From: Adineta vaga | Taxonomy: Eukaryota; Animalia; Rotifera | NCBI GenBank assembly: GCA_021613535.1 | Contig: CP075494.1 | Location: 16,864,001-16,928,000 of the forward strand | Length of the DNA: 64,000 nt | Direction of reading: 5' to 3' | Shown: in pieces, positions 41,297 to 55,500 of the stretch | How the letters are laid out: each line of letters opens with the position of its first letter | How positions within the stretch are numbered: position 1 is the first letter of the stretch | Translations under genes and position numbers: made by a program | Notes under the pieces: model-generated | Told to the model about the DNA's origin: nothing | The model's input: only the letters and a program-made list of their open reading frames with translations | Database searches by the model: none

Positions 41297-42557
41297 ACAT
41301 GATAGTACTTCATGTAGAAAAATACACCAGGATAAACTAAAATTTTCGTGGACCCCTCATTGTTAGATCTTGATTCCCTTTCAAGTCATGACCTTACGTA
41401 TTTTTTGAGAACTTAACGAGCTACGTCTATATCAGAAAACGATCATGGCCATTGATGATCTTTATTCAGAGTCAATATCATTCCAATCATAATCCTAATG
41501 ATTGGTTGAAAGATGACTGATGGCATCGGCTATTGTTGAGTATTAACATTGTGTAACGTCTATCAGTATATCTATATTCATTGTAAAATATTATCTAAGT
41601 GAAGCACCAGAAGTCCTTGGAAAAAGGGTATTCTTTGTTTTAATAGACATTGTTAATAAAGTTCTTCGTATAATTTCATTTAGTTATAGTAAGCAACTCA
41701 ATCATAATAATGAGCATTGTGTAAGTGTTACTTGTTTCACTGATAGTTCTTTAGTCAAGATCTTCAACTGTTCACACAGTATTTTGTAATAAATTCAAAC
41801 ATAGAAGAAAATAGTCTGCATTCCTGATATTCAGATCAACTCCCACAGTCATTTTTCTTTAGAACAGTCATTATCGTTATGGCTAGAATAATACCCATTT
41901 TCGCTATAACTCAATAACAACCACCTACGTTTTCTCCTTAACTCCTTATGCCTTACAAAATACACGAAAATCACGATTTGACAGCGATGTTTCATCTACA
42001 TATGTTCTTTACTAGTTATAACGTAAAAAGATTCAGTTTTGTGATCAAGTGATATGTATTTCGATGCTTTCTACTTTTCCAGACTAAAGTAGAAAAAACA
42101 GATCTCGTGTCTTTTTAGTACTTGAATTATAAGCGCCATTACTTCGTCAGATATAACACATCAATATATTCCAATTTTTGGAATACATCGTTTGTGAAAA
42201 GAGTTTGTTGTTTTGTGTTACGGTGAGAAATACCAGAAAATCTTATTCTCTCGCTAAATTGTAATACAGAATAGACTTGTTCTTTTTTCGAGAGTGAGAC
42301 GACTTAAACCGGCTTTCGATCTTTTTTAAGGCTCCTATTAAAACAAATATATTTTTATTTTTTACCATTTTAGTCAGTAATATCACTGAAATTTTTACGC
42401 CAGTTATATTCTAGGCGAAGCATCCCATATTATGAATAATAGTCTCAAAGACGCAAGGTGGTTTCTAGAGCCAGATAAAAATTGTAAGTTGTGGTTAATC
42501 CTAAAGTTCTATCCAGTTGCAGACAGCAGGAGCACGCACTGAACTGAAGGTGTTGCG

Positions 42558-42710
42558 AAAATCCACTGCTACAGGATAACAGGAATTGAAATTATTCATT
42601 TTGCATTTTTCTCGATTCGTAATTTGTTATCGATAAACAAATTGCCAGGAGAAGAAAATGCAAAACGAATAAAAAATCAATTCTTCTTATTCTATAGCAG
42701 TGGACTTCTG
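42558..42710. mobile_element. Old MITE (imperfect hairpin)
   Basis: TCCACTGCTACAGGATAACAGGAATTGA / TCAATTCTTCTTATTCTATAGCAGTGGA plus an inner IR. Confidence 0.55.
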
Positions 42711-43549
42711 GTATACCTTGAAATTAGTCCGAGTTCTAACCTTCTTTAACAGAACAGAATCTTCGGTCTAACAGAAACTTGAGGCTTGTCTCTGGACTCG
42801 AAATAAAGATCCTTAAGGCAAATATTCTATTGTAAAATGTTCCCCTACAACGTATCTGCCGCAAAAATTCTATAATACTGTATTATCGTAATGATCCAAG
42901 GCACGCAACTTAAATAATAGGGTCTATAGGAGATCTAGGTCAGGAAAAACATGCGATAGATATGCTTTTCATTTTGCTGTAATAATAGTTATTCCCGTAA
43001 ATCTATCTTCAGATACACTCTAAATAAAAAAGGTAAGGTGACCAAACCCATCAAAAGGGTTTCGTAGATTTCAATAGCTTCAGAATGGTTTGAAAAATCG
43101 GAAGACTTGGTCTTCAAAATCTACGACACCTAAAAAGGATCTGACCGCGGGTACACGCTCCGAACCATCGTCTACGAAACCTTTTTGAGTTTTGTACAGC
43201 GAAAAAAAGGTTCTGTCAGAAAGTACGAAACCTCGGGGTTCAGCACTGTGTACATATACGCTTGAGTGTTAAATGAGTTCTCAAGTTTGAGCTTCCCGTT
43301 CCTCCAATATTGTGCCATAGAAATAGACAGTACATCATTACAAATCACTTGGCATATGCCACTAACTATTCTCGCTGCCATGTGCACCCAGCTGCGTGTA
43401 GGAGATCCCCATCTATAACCCGACATCAGTTTTTTCAGGATAAATATGTATATCACCTTTATATATCCTATGTACGAAAACTTCCAAATCCATCATAGAT
43501 TTCTTAGAGAATTCATAAAAAACCCAAAAACTTCTTACCAACCCAATGT

Positions 43550-46500
43550 ATTCATTGATTTACTTCATCTGTTAGCTATCTCCGATGATATGCGGTATAA
43601 ACCAATTTCGATCCCTCTACCATCTGTACAACAAGAACGAAGATCACTTTTTAATCACACACAATGGAAATCAAACGCCAACGAAAAGTTGCTTCATCTA
43701 CTTGTCAACGACAGAACTCAACAAACACCTGATGCTTGGGCTATTCTTTCATCCACTGAATCTTTAACATATAAACAACTAATGAATCGTGTTTATTCAT
43801 TGGCTTATCATTTACAGCAACAAGGAGGACAACCAAACCAACTCATTGCTATTCTCATGAGAAAAGGTTGGGAACAAGTTGTTGCTTGTTTAGCTATCTT
43901 GGTTGCAGGTGCTGCATATTTACCATTGGATATTGATTCTCCACAGGATCGACTTTGTGCACTAATTGAAGAAACGAATGTAAAAATTATCCTAACACAA
44001 TCTCATTGTCATCACGCAATTCCACATTTGGTAACTATTCCAGTTGATACATTCACATTTGACGACTATCCAAAGCCCTTTCCAATACGACAACAACAGT
44101 TGACTGATTTGGCATACGTGATTTATACATCTGGTTCAACTGGAAAACCAAAAGGTGTTATGATTAGTCATCAAGCTGTTCTCAATACTATTCTTGATAT
44201 CAATACTAGGTTAAATCTCACTTCAAATGATCGAATATTTGCATTGTCTCATCTAAATTTTGATTTATCTGTTTATGATATATTTGGAATGTTAATCGCT
44301 GGTGGAACTATTGTTATTCCAGATCATGAACATTATAGAAATCCTCAACATTGGTATGATATGATGGTTCAACATCATGTTACCATTTGGAATAGTGTTC
44401 CAATGTTGATGCAAATGTTAGTTGAACATTTACAACATACTTCTAATTATAATCAATTACGGCATGTTTTATTAAGTGGTGATTGGATACCATTATCTTT
44501 ACCAAAATCAATACAAACAATATTTGGTGAAGAAGTAACAATAACTAGTCTAGGTGGTGCAACCGAAGCATCGATTTGGTCAATTGCTTTTACTTTACCA
44601 AAAGAAATACCGCAAGAATGGAAATCAATTCCTTATGGAATGCCCTTAAGAAATCAACAATATTATGTTTATGATACAAATCTTGATGATTGTCCTGAAT
44701 GGGTTGATGGTGAGCTATACATTGGTGGCATAGGTGTTGCTGATGGTTACTGGAACGACGAAGAGAAAACACGATCAAGTTTTATTATTCATCCACAGAA
44801 TGGTCAGCGTCTTTATCGAACAGGTGATTATGGTCGATTTCATCCAGATGGATACATTGAGTTCATCGGACGAAAAGATTTTCAAGTCAAAATTCATGGT
44901 CATCGTATTGAACTTGGTGAAATCGAATACCATCTACAACAACATTCTGACATTCATCAAGCTATTGTTACTGTTGATAAGTCATCACAATACTTGATTG
45001 GATATATTATGCCAGAGAAATATTTTATATCTAATGATGATTTTGATCAATCAAATATATTAATTACTGATCCTATTGACCGCACTAATTTTAAACTTGC
45101 TAGACACGGAATACAACACGACCATGAAGTCAAAAAGAGCTATGCACTCACGAAACCAAAACTAACAGAAACATTCATTAATACATATTATGCAAGAAAA
45201 AGTTATCGACAGTTTACAAACGAAATCATTGAAAAGTCTACTATTGAACATTTGTTGAACAAATGTTGTCTGACCAAGAAAAATGTCAACCAAAGATTTC
45301 TGCAAAGCTTCAATTTCGATAATCTTAGTCAGTTATTATCGATATTGACACCAATTAATATTTACAATCATCCCTTGCCAAAATATCGCTATGCATCAGC
45401 AGGAAGTCTTTATCCTGTTCAAGTATATATTGAGCTTCATACATCAATAGATGATATTTCTCCTGGTATCTATTATCATAATCCGGACACACATACTCTC
45501 GAATTAATCGATAATTGTGTTCATGATGAGAATCTTGGTATAAGATTACATCTTGTTGGACGATCATCAGCCATTGCACCTCTATATGGGAAAACATTAG
45601 GTTGTCAATTTTGTATAATTGAAACAGGATATATGATGGGATTACTTCAACAAGAAGCATCTAAATTGGGATTCATATTTTCAAGATTTATGCATAATGA
45701 AGAGATAGATGGACATATTATCAACTTAGATGAGAACGATACTCATCATTGTTTTACAATTTCATCTGTTCAACAAGACATTGCTAATGATAGTGACTAT
45801 CTTCAATATATTGTTTATCTGAAATCTGTTGACTATAACAAAGATCAATGGTTTATCTATGACAAAAAAGATAGTACTCTTATCTCTTTCGATATAGAAT
45901 TAGATGTAATAAAAGAAGATGTTCCACTATTTTTGATCATGACGATACGAAAATTATTTTCAATGATTGTCAATGCGCAATCTTCTATATTGGACAATCT
46001 GAGCACGGATTACAAGCTGGTATGACATCGCATTTATTAATGGATGGTGGTTTAGAAATGAATATTGGTATGTGTCCAATTGGTACTCGTACAAATTTAC
46101 CAGTGAAAATTAATAAGACATTAGATAACATACTCACTTATTGTGGATCGAACAAAGGGAACATGTTATTGCATATAATGTTCATGGGAAAGATTCGTGA
46201 TGAACAAAAATATGAACGAGCTATTTCGACTGTGAAATCGACACCAGATTATATTGACACACTCAGGACATACTTAAGAGAAAATCTCCCAAGTTATATG
46301 ATACCATCATATTTTATGACTCTTTCAACATTTCCATTGAGTCCAAATGGGAAAATCGATCGGAAATCTTTACCAGAAATATCGACATTCGATCTTCAGA
46401 AAGAAGATACATATATAGCACCAACTACTGAACTAGAAAAGACAATTGCGGACATTTGGCAAGAATTATTCGATAGAGATCGAATAAGCTTGACGGACAA

Positions 46501-49500
46501 TTTTTTCGAACTTGGTGGCAATTCTTTGCATATTATGCACCTCTTTCGGCGGTATATGAGTGATTTTTACTTAGAAACAGATAGATTTGCGATTTTGGAT
46601 CTCTTTGAATACCCAACTATTATTAATCATGCTGAACTTATCTATCAGAATCTCCAGCATAAAGAAAACGTAAATGATTATTCTTGGCGTGCATTGCATC
46701 TTACTCAAGGTAATAAGAATTTCTATGGTTTTCATTAGTTACCTCATTCATGTTCTGTTTGTTTTTTCGCTCTAGCTCTAGCGTCATTTGCTCAAGAGCG
46801 TATCTTTATGGATGAGACGATTCGTTTTGCATCAAAAACAAATCGTAACATGTATGCAATTCCATTGTTTTATCGTCTTTCATCTGCTCATAATCATATA
46901 TCAACATATCGATTTCATCATGCGTTTGAAACTGTTGTTCGAAAACATAGTATTTTGCGAACGGTACTGTATCTTGATATAAATGGAACTGTGATACAAC
47001 ATTGTTTGGACGAAAGTGTTATCAGTCATAGTAGGAAAACATTTGAGTTTTGTATGGTTAAAATTGTTGATGAGGACCATGATATCAATGAAATGGTGAA
47101 TAAAATACTAAATCAAACGGACTTATTCGACTTAGAGAAAGGACATGTTATTCGTTGTCATATTCTTCGTCGATATTCTTCAAATAAACATGATTCAGTC
47201 GAGAATGATGATCTGTTGACGACAGATGATTTCATATTAATCAGCGCTCATCACTCAGTATTTGATGGAGCATCCGCTGCAGTCTTCATTCACGATCTTT
47301 CTCTTGCATATGAAAGCAATGATTCGTTATCTATGGATGAAGATAGATTGCAATATATAGATTATTCTATTCAGGAACGTTTAATGGATATGACATTATC
47401 TCGTGAATTTTGGCTTTCACAGTTACAAGGGTACAACATGAAACATTCACTACCTTTACTAATTGATCAACATCGCTTCTCAACTGATCAAAGATCAGGT
47501 TTAGCTTTCAGAAATCAAATCATTTTTGATGATGAAATAACTTCATCATTTATCAATTATGCGTCAAGACATCATTTGACCTTGTTTCAACTTGGATTAG
47601 CTATATTTTATGTATTTTTATTTAAATTATCTCATGGTCAAACAGATTTATGCATCACTACTGTCAATGCGAATCGGTATCGGAATGAATTACAAAAGAT
47701 GATAGGCATGTTTGTTTCAACATTACCATATCGTATTCATCTGCATCCTTATTCGTCACTTGATGAATCTGTTAAATATATTCAGGAGAAATGTTTATCA
47801 ATTCTTGAACATTCACATTATCCATTACAACGCATTCTTACTGATTCCCATCTAAATCAATCAAATACTCCTTTTCTCGAAACAATGCTTGATTTTGTCA
47901 CTGTTTCATTGGACATCAATCAACTCTCATTCGATGGTGCGCCTTTAAAAGAAGTACTTCTAGATAGCTTCTCTGAAATAACTAAGTTCGACTTCACAAT
48001 CACATTTTTTTACAATCCAATATCAGCCGATAATAAATTGTCTTGTTCTTTTGCGTGTTCTCGTGATTTGTTTGAAGAAACAACAGTTGAACAGATGGGT
48101 CGAAGATTTCAATATCTTTTTGAACAAATATTTCGAGCAAAATCAAGTGCTGTTACGATGAATCCAACAATGATATCAATGAACAGATTTTCTCTTATTC
48201 TGCCTGAAGAAGCTGACGAAAGGCAAGGAATAAATTTCCATAGACTGAAGAATGTTATTAATGAAGGTATGTGGTTAGATATTAGTTTTTCAAAAATACC
48301 AGTTACTTGGAGGTTCAAAGTTGTTACTTTCATCATTTTATTCAATAGTACTAATTCAAAAAAGTATCTGCCTGATAGTTTTCTCAGAAACAAAATCCTT
48401 GATATATCTGATGACATGATGAGGAAAAGTGAATTGCCAGCTGCGTAAACTGTAACTTTGAAGTTCATTTTGTTGTCCGTCCTAGTTTTGTGATTGTAAG
48501 CGAACGATAGACTTCTATAGCTGAAGGCCATAGACCGACCACTATGTGACTTTAAATTAGTTAACTAATCAGCACTCAGATGGGTCCGATGAGGTTAAAC
48601 CAATCCCTATTTTTCCTCGAACCCGTTTTTGGTCCCAAGCGATGCTTCATCCAGATCAGAATCGAAACCGGGACGGAATCGATCTTTTCAGAACATGTTC
48701 AATTATTTCATATCGAAATACTGCTTTTGGTTTAGTCAAAAACTCAATATAATTTTCTGTGAAAACAAAACTAGAAAAACTTGAGTAAACTTTATAAAAA
48801 AAAACAATTTTCTATGGAAATCAATCAATAAGGTAGAAATAAACCAGTAATGATCAATCTTTGAATTCAACTACCCTTGTTACGCTATGATTATTGTTGA
48901 TTCGATGTTTCTCGATGTAAAAGAAGGTATCTATTATTTACCTTTATGTTCGTTATCAGATCCATATCGGTTGACTTTTGTTTTTAGTTATCTTCAACTA
49001 TTTCTTTTTTTCCACTGAATTGTTTTGATCTATGAAGACTCTTGTGACGAAAAATAAGTTTGTTACGCTTTTCTGCTCCAAGTCGAATTCGGTATCTATC
49101 ATTGCAATTCTGGAGAATGAAAACGATTTTTTACTTCACTATTCGAAAGTGGTATGGCTAATAGTTTATGTCAAGTCACCGTCCAAACCTAGGGGGAAAA
49201 AGCGCTACTCCAATACTTTGCCCATACTCCATTGTACTCCACTATACTCCATCTCTACTCTAGCAAGAGAAAACAGTTGATATTTCAGTTTTACAAAATA
49301 TGTTGGAGTACGAGTGGAGTAGACTGGAGTAGGGTGGAGTATAGCTGGAGTATTAGTGGAGTAAGCTGGAGTATCACTGGAGTAGACTGGAGTAGATGGG
49401 AGTATTGCTGGAGTAAGGTGGGGGTATCGGAGTATCGCTTTTTCCCCCTTGGTCCAAACTGTAATTATGTCTTATCCCAGATCCAAGAATGAGCGCGTCC

Positions 49501-52500
49501 AATGTCGGATTGAGTGAAACTTTTTACCTGCAACTTCAATTTGTTAATAAATCGATGTCACATTAAGATTCTAGTTCATTTACTTTGATGAATCGATAGA
49601 TATTTAATTTATGCAACCGTCACCGGACCATTTAGGCTTAACTCGATATAGTTATAGACAGTTTTGTTCACAAAACTAGATTTTGTGAAAACTCTTCATA
49701 ACTCTCCGATTTTGAAATAATTTTTTCCACCACTGATCGTAAGACCAATGAAGCTATGGTCTCATCACATTTTACTAACAAGAATTGGAATCTGACGTTG
49801 CTCTCAGGACTAATCCAAGTTTTAAGTAAAAGGTTTTATCAATCCCACATTAAACACTTCCATTCTCAAAAATAAGATTCACTTAGACTAATCCGAGATT
49901 GGATGTAATTGCCGTTTGGACGCTCACATATATATGGGGACATTAGTGCATATGAGAGGTCCAAGCAGGCCAGCATTTTGTAGGCCTGGCCTGCCTATAA
50001 AACAGGCCTACAGGTTACTTAGTCTGCCTGCGCCTGTCATTTTCTTCGGCCTGCTTGTGAAGATCTGACTATTTTTTTCATACCAGCAATATATTTGTAA
50101 TAATAAGAGAAACTTCACTTTTCAATTGTACTGAAATTCCCGAGATCAAAATTAACTAATTAGATGATTACACTACAGTTTTTACAAGTAAAAATGAATG
50201 AAACATGGATACTACCTATGTAACATGTCTTGTTGTTGCTTCATTTTTAGAATAATCAAAGACTTAAAGTAAAACTTTGAAAAACTTTTCTTTTAAAAGA
50301 CTCTTCAGTTGTTGAAAGTCAAGAAACGTTTAGAGTGACTTAAAGGAAGCATAAACTAAGAAGTAACTAATCTGCAGAAAAAACAGGTCGGCAAAATTTT
50401 AGTAACTATTAGCAGTCAGATGTTGACATAGAGCAGCGAGGTTTTCAACAGAATGTTGCTCCGTAGATCACACAATAATTGGCGTTTACAAGAAAAAAGA
50501 AAGAGACACAACGACATCAACATAGAGATAAATCGATTTTTTAATTTACGAACATTGTCGATAAATCTGACCGATAAAAACATCTCTTAGAATATTTTGA
50601 TCAACAGACAATAGGTCATCATTAATTGCTGAATTTGTCTCAGAAAATGTGGCTTCATCTGGGTTGAAATAACCGGAAATGAAAATATTGACTAGTGTGT
50701 AATGATGAATAAATGTACTTGTGTCGATGAATTTCCGATAATGATAAGAGCTTTGAATATTTATAAGTATTTTCCATATTATTCTGAAATATCTTCCTAC
50801 TTTCTCCCATTCGAATACCATCCTGAAAAATACCTTATTTTCACCTTTTTTACTGGTTAGACAAGAAATTTATATGGTAAAACTTCGATGTAAAAATATA
50901 AGAAGATAGGCCAAGCAGCCTGGTATTTTTAAGCAGTCTGCTTGACCTGCTGAAGGGATCGGCCTGGCCTACCTGGTAGAGGCAGGCTTGAAAAACACGG
51001 CCTGTGCCTCTCACAGACAGGCTTTATGGCTTACTTGGGATCCTGGCGCATATGAACCTGAAGATCCCTTACTGGAGCCATATTCACATCTTCCTATATT
51101 TCCCAGATTAGTATGATATGGCATCTAACTGATTCAAATTCGAACTTTAGGATAGAAGTTTTGACATGAGCTTTCCACCGACAAATCATAACACTAGCGG
51201 AATTTTATCAAATACTGTTTGATGCGATACACGTGCTGGAAAATTATTGCTTGAAAATTTAGAAAAAAAACGGTAGTAGACGGAGTTAGGACGGGTTTCC
51301 CTGTTAGAAAGGAGGATCGAGGTCCGGGCGGGTTCGTTCCGCCGAAACATGATCGGATCAGGACAACAAAGCCAATTCCGCTGGGTCCTACCGAGAACTT
51401 TTATTTTTCCTCTAAATCTCAATCTGCTTCTCTTAGAGAATGGGTCCAACAATGAAACCCATTGAAAAGATCACTTTTGCTGAAACAAAAACAAACTTTT
51501 GATCTTTAAAATGAAAGATACATTCAATATACGAACTAATTAATCAGCAAAATCAGATTTTGAATGTTTTATTTTTGGAGCCATCTACGAGGCGAAGCAG
51601 AGTTAGCTTTCCGAGGAAGAACGAAGATTCTTGGGCAACTTTGAGAACTATATAAATTGATTCGGTTTTTCTTTTGTATAGATTATAAAGGACCAAAATA
51701 CATGGTGATTCAAAAATGTTGAAAACTTCAACCGTAAAATATGATTTTCTCTTCAAATTCAAGACCATTTAGTAGATAATTTCCTTAACTTTCAGTTTCA
51801 TCAATATCTTCACTCTTATACTATTTTCGAAACAGTCGATCTTACTTTAGATCAGATATCAGCTTGCAAAAATAGTTTTTCAATAATTCCAGAAAAAGAC
51901 CCATGATTGTACAATATCATTTCGTTTCTTTATATTTTCATTTTACATTTAATATTTAATTTTATAGTGATATTTAGAGACAGTATATAAAGCAAATATG
52001 AAATTGAATTCTCAAATAATCTCCTTCTATGTTGTGTTGAAAATCATCCAATGTTGTATGGTCCCATAGTAGGGCTATTTGGGACCATAAAAACATTGGC
52101 TTACTTCTGTAAGAAGGAACCTATTTGAGAAAAGTGATATTGCTTGACATATCACTGGGTCTAACCTATAAAATTATTATATAAAAATGGTACCTTCGCG
52201 GGGGGTGGGGGCAGATTTGACCCCTTAATCGGCGGTGTCCTTTATAAATTCTTTCACCAAAATATGAAGCAAATCAAATGAAAACTATATAGCTACACAG
52301 AATAGTCAATGCACTATCCAACCACATAAAAATAAAAACTTTACTGAAGCGTTATAGGAATACACTTAGCTAAAGAAAATGAGCAAAAACGGATGAATCA
52401 ATCTAGAAAATTCGAATGATTCGTACGGACAAATGGTGGAAAAAATGATCTAATCAGTGCTAGATAGCATGAAGTGTATCACTCTAAAAAAGAAGCGCAG

Positions 52501-55500
52501 AATAATATACCCTTAAAAAGGGTTTATTAACCTTATAAGTTATAGGAAGGGTATTTTATACGTTGCACTTTCGTATACCCTTAAAGGGTTCATTAACTTC
52601 ATAAACCCTCGAAAACCGCTTTTCTTTTCTACGTATCTTCTAAAGCGTACATGAACAAACCTTTTAAGGGTACATGAATGCTCATTTACCTTAAAGGGTT
52701 TATGAAAGTGCAACGTATATGAAACCTTTACTAAAGTTTATGAAAACAAGGGTTTATGAGAGGGTACCTTACGTTCATAAACCTAAAAAGGGTTCATGTC
52801 GCGACCATCAATCCTTTTCGAGGGTTTGTAATTCGACGCTTTTTTTTTTACAGTGTAGTCTTGCTCAATATACTCCGCATCCTCTGATAACCCTATTGTA
52901 GTGGGTTCAGAACCAGGGGAAACAGCGAACTTTAAGCACAAAAGTCTTCAAAAGTACGAAAGTAGTTCCTAGTACATTAAAGTAGCTCAAAGTACATCAA
53001 AGTCACTTAAAGTACGTTGAAGTACGTTAAAGTACAGTAAAGTATAGTTGAAGTACCTTAAATTATGCTAAAGTATGACAAGGTACGTTAAATTACGATA
53101 AACTAGGCTGAAGTACGTAAAAGGACTCGTAATATCGTTAAACGGCTGTTAACCTAAGAAAAAGATCAGAACAATAGTATGAAAAATGAGATAAGATATC
53201 CTGGATTAGGATTCGACTATTTCCCAAAAATATTTGCCTATACCTTAGATCTAGATAGATCTCGGTGAGCTCTATCAAATGGCTACCTTACGTTTCCAGG
53301 AAAACTCTTCGTTCACGTAGAAAATCTCAAAATACTACCGAAAAAATCAACAGAAATGTGGGTGAATTCATTGGAAAACGTACCATATTTACATCGACCT
53401 TCTCAAAGTTTGCTCAAACTTACAGGGTTTGTACTCTGTAAAAAAAGAGTTTTACCGAACCTGTATCCAGGGGAAGATCCTTTGCGGTTTAGTACCGATT
53501 TGCCAAACTAAAAAAAGATCGTTGAACATTCAACCAAGTGTTTTTTGGTTCAGTAAATCGCTACGAAACCTCAAAGGATCTTCCCCTGCATACAGGTTCG
53601 GTAAAACTCCTTTTTTTAGAGTGTAGAGATCGCTGAGGTGTTCGTTTTTGTATAAAATTCTCCTAGATTTGTATCTGGTTTGATTGAGAAATATTCAAAA
53701 TACAGTTAAGCCAACTTGCCATAAAACATGCTAAATTGAGCCGTTGGTTAACAGTATTTTCTATGTTTTACCCTTATTAAGCCTTCCCCTCAGAAACGAT
53801 TCCCACTTAGAATGGGTTTTAGGGCTGAAAGTTTTAGGAACAAGTGACCCTATAGTGAGAAACGCTTCTGGCAAAAGCCTCAGCTCGATCGGTCACACTA
53901 TATCAGACTTACAGCTGATTCATTGACCATTTTTGGCCTCAAGAAAATTGCTATAATTCGGCTACGGTCGAGGCACGGGACTAGGGCTAGGCTCAGACTA
54001 AAGCCCATGTCAAGACGCATCTTTTCATCAGACAGAATTTTGAAATTCCTTATTGTTCATTTTTTATGACGAAGTTACGTTTTTTTTTGAAAAATTCGAC
54101 TTTCTGAGGGGGGTCCTTAATATAGATATTTTATGGTAAATGCAAGGGAGAAAAGCAATACTCCGTACTCCAATACTCCACCTTACTCCAGCAATACTCC
54201 AGTCTACTCCAATAATACTCCAGCCTACTCCAGTGATACTCCAGCTTACTCCACTAATACTCCAGCTATACTCCACCCTACTCCAGTCTACTCCAATCAT
54301 ACTCCACTCGTCCTCCAACATATTTTGTAAAACTGAAATATCAACTGTTTTCTCTTGCTAGAGTAGAGATGGAGTATAGTGGAGTACAATGGAGTATGGG
54401 CAAAGTATTGGAGTAGCGCTTTTCCCCCTAGGGTGAATGCCTAAGTAAATGGTGATCTAATGACAGCAAATTCCACTTTTCTTAGCCCAGTATACGATTT
54501 TCAAAAAAGTGTCAGGTGAAAAGTTCCATCTGGTCGAGACCTTTAAAACAAAAAAAATATCGACTCTAGCTGAAACAGGTCGGGAGTTATTCCACTTTTT
54601 CTGACTAAAACCTACGTTTTCAGGAAACGTTTAAAAAGGTTTTAGAGTTGGCTTTTTGATTCAAAGCCACAAAAAACATAAAAATCATATATATAGATCC
54701 AATGTTTAGAATAAACTTTAAGTACGCATTTTCCATGCTTATTCACAATAGAACTTTAGTGATTTACATCAAATTGATTTATATGATTTTGTTTCGAATA
54801 TGAAAACTTTCCAAACTCATAGAAATTTCGAAAAAAAACATGGTGGTGAAACCCAAGTTTTCCCAATCATTCGTTTAATTTAGCTGTTTCATGAAAACAC
54901 TACATATATTCTGAAAAAGGAGATTTTTTTTCGTATCTTTCTATATATAAAATCAACTTCTCTTTTTCTCAGAAAACTGAGTTTTTTGAAGAGGGTGCCT
55001 TAAAAAGCGGAATATCAATTATTTCTTTATATTTTTATAGACCGTCTTTCGTTCAATCGTATCATATACAAATCAAATAATTGAACTTAAAAGAGCAACC
55101 TTGCAGTAGCGCGAACCTTCATAAACTTGCGTCCCCCATAGCACCGTCTTGCTAAATTGAGGTTGACTAGTGCTATAGTAGGTTTTTTAGAACGTCGCTT
55201 GTTCTATCTTCTGCTATATTAGGGATATCGCCCTGTTTCGGTTTTCAATCGTTATAGAATCTGAGAGCGTATGTCTATTTTCTGGACCTGAGTTTGAATT
55301 TAAGCAGGTCTGGTGCGGGCGAAAGTGTAACGTACAACTCAAACCAACACCCTACGTCGTCCACGCTCACCCGTAATTCAGAAATGGTCTTGTACAAAGT
55401 GGTACGTTTTCTATGGGTTCACTTTGTAAAAAACTCAGTAAAGTCCATGACAATTCGCCTACTCGTTAGACTATCCAACGAAACTTCGCATATCGATAGA

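Noticed and set aside
29584-43456. Numerous 60-110 aa ORFs
   Set aside because: No recognisable motifs; they overlap repeats or AT-rich non-coding DNA. No tRNA or rRNA was recognised anywhere in the window.
7288-46738. HMT and NRPS as one sulfur-related biosynthetic cluster
   Set aside because: They are over 30 kb apart with unrelated genes between, HMT is disrupted, and nothing shows co-regulation.
49189-54431. ACTCC and AAAGTA arrays as CRISPR or coding repeats (ORFs 49232, 54064, 54133, 54140)
   Set aside because: No unique spacers; they are subterminal repeats of TIR elements, two of them with 8-bp TSDs.
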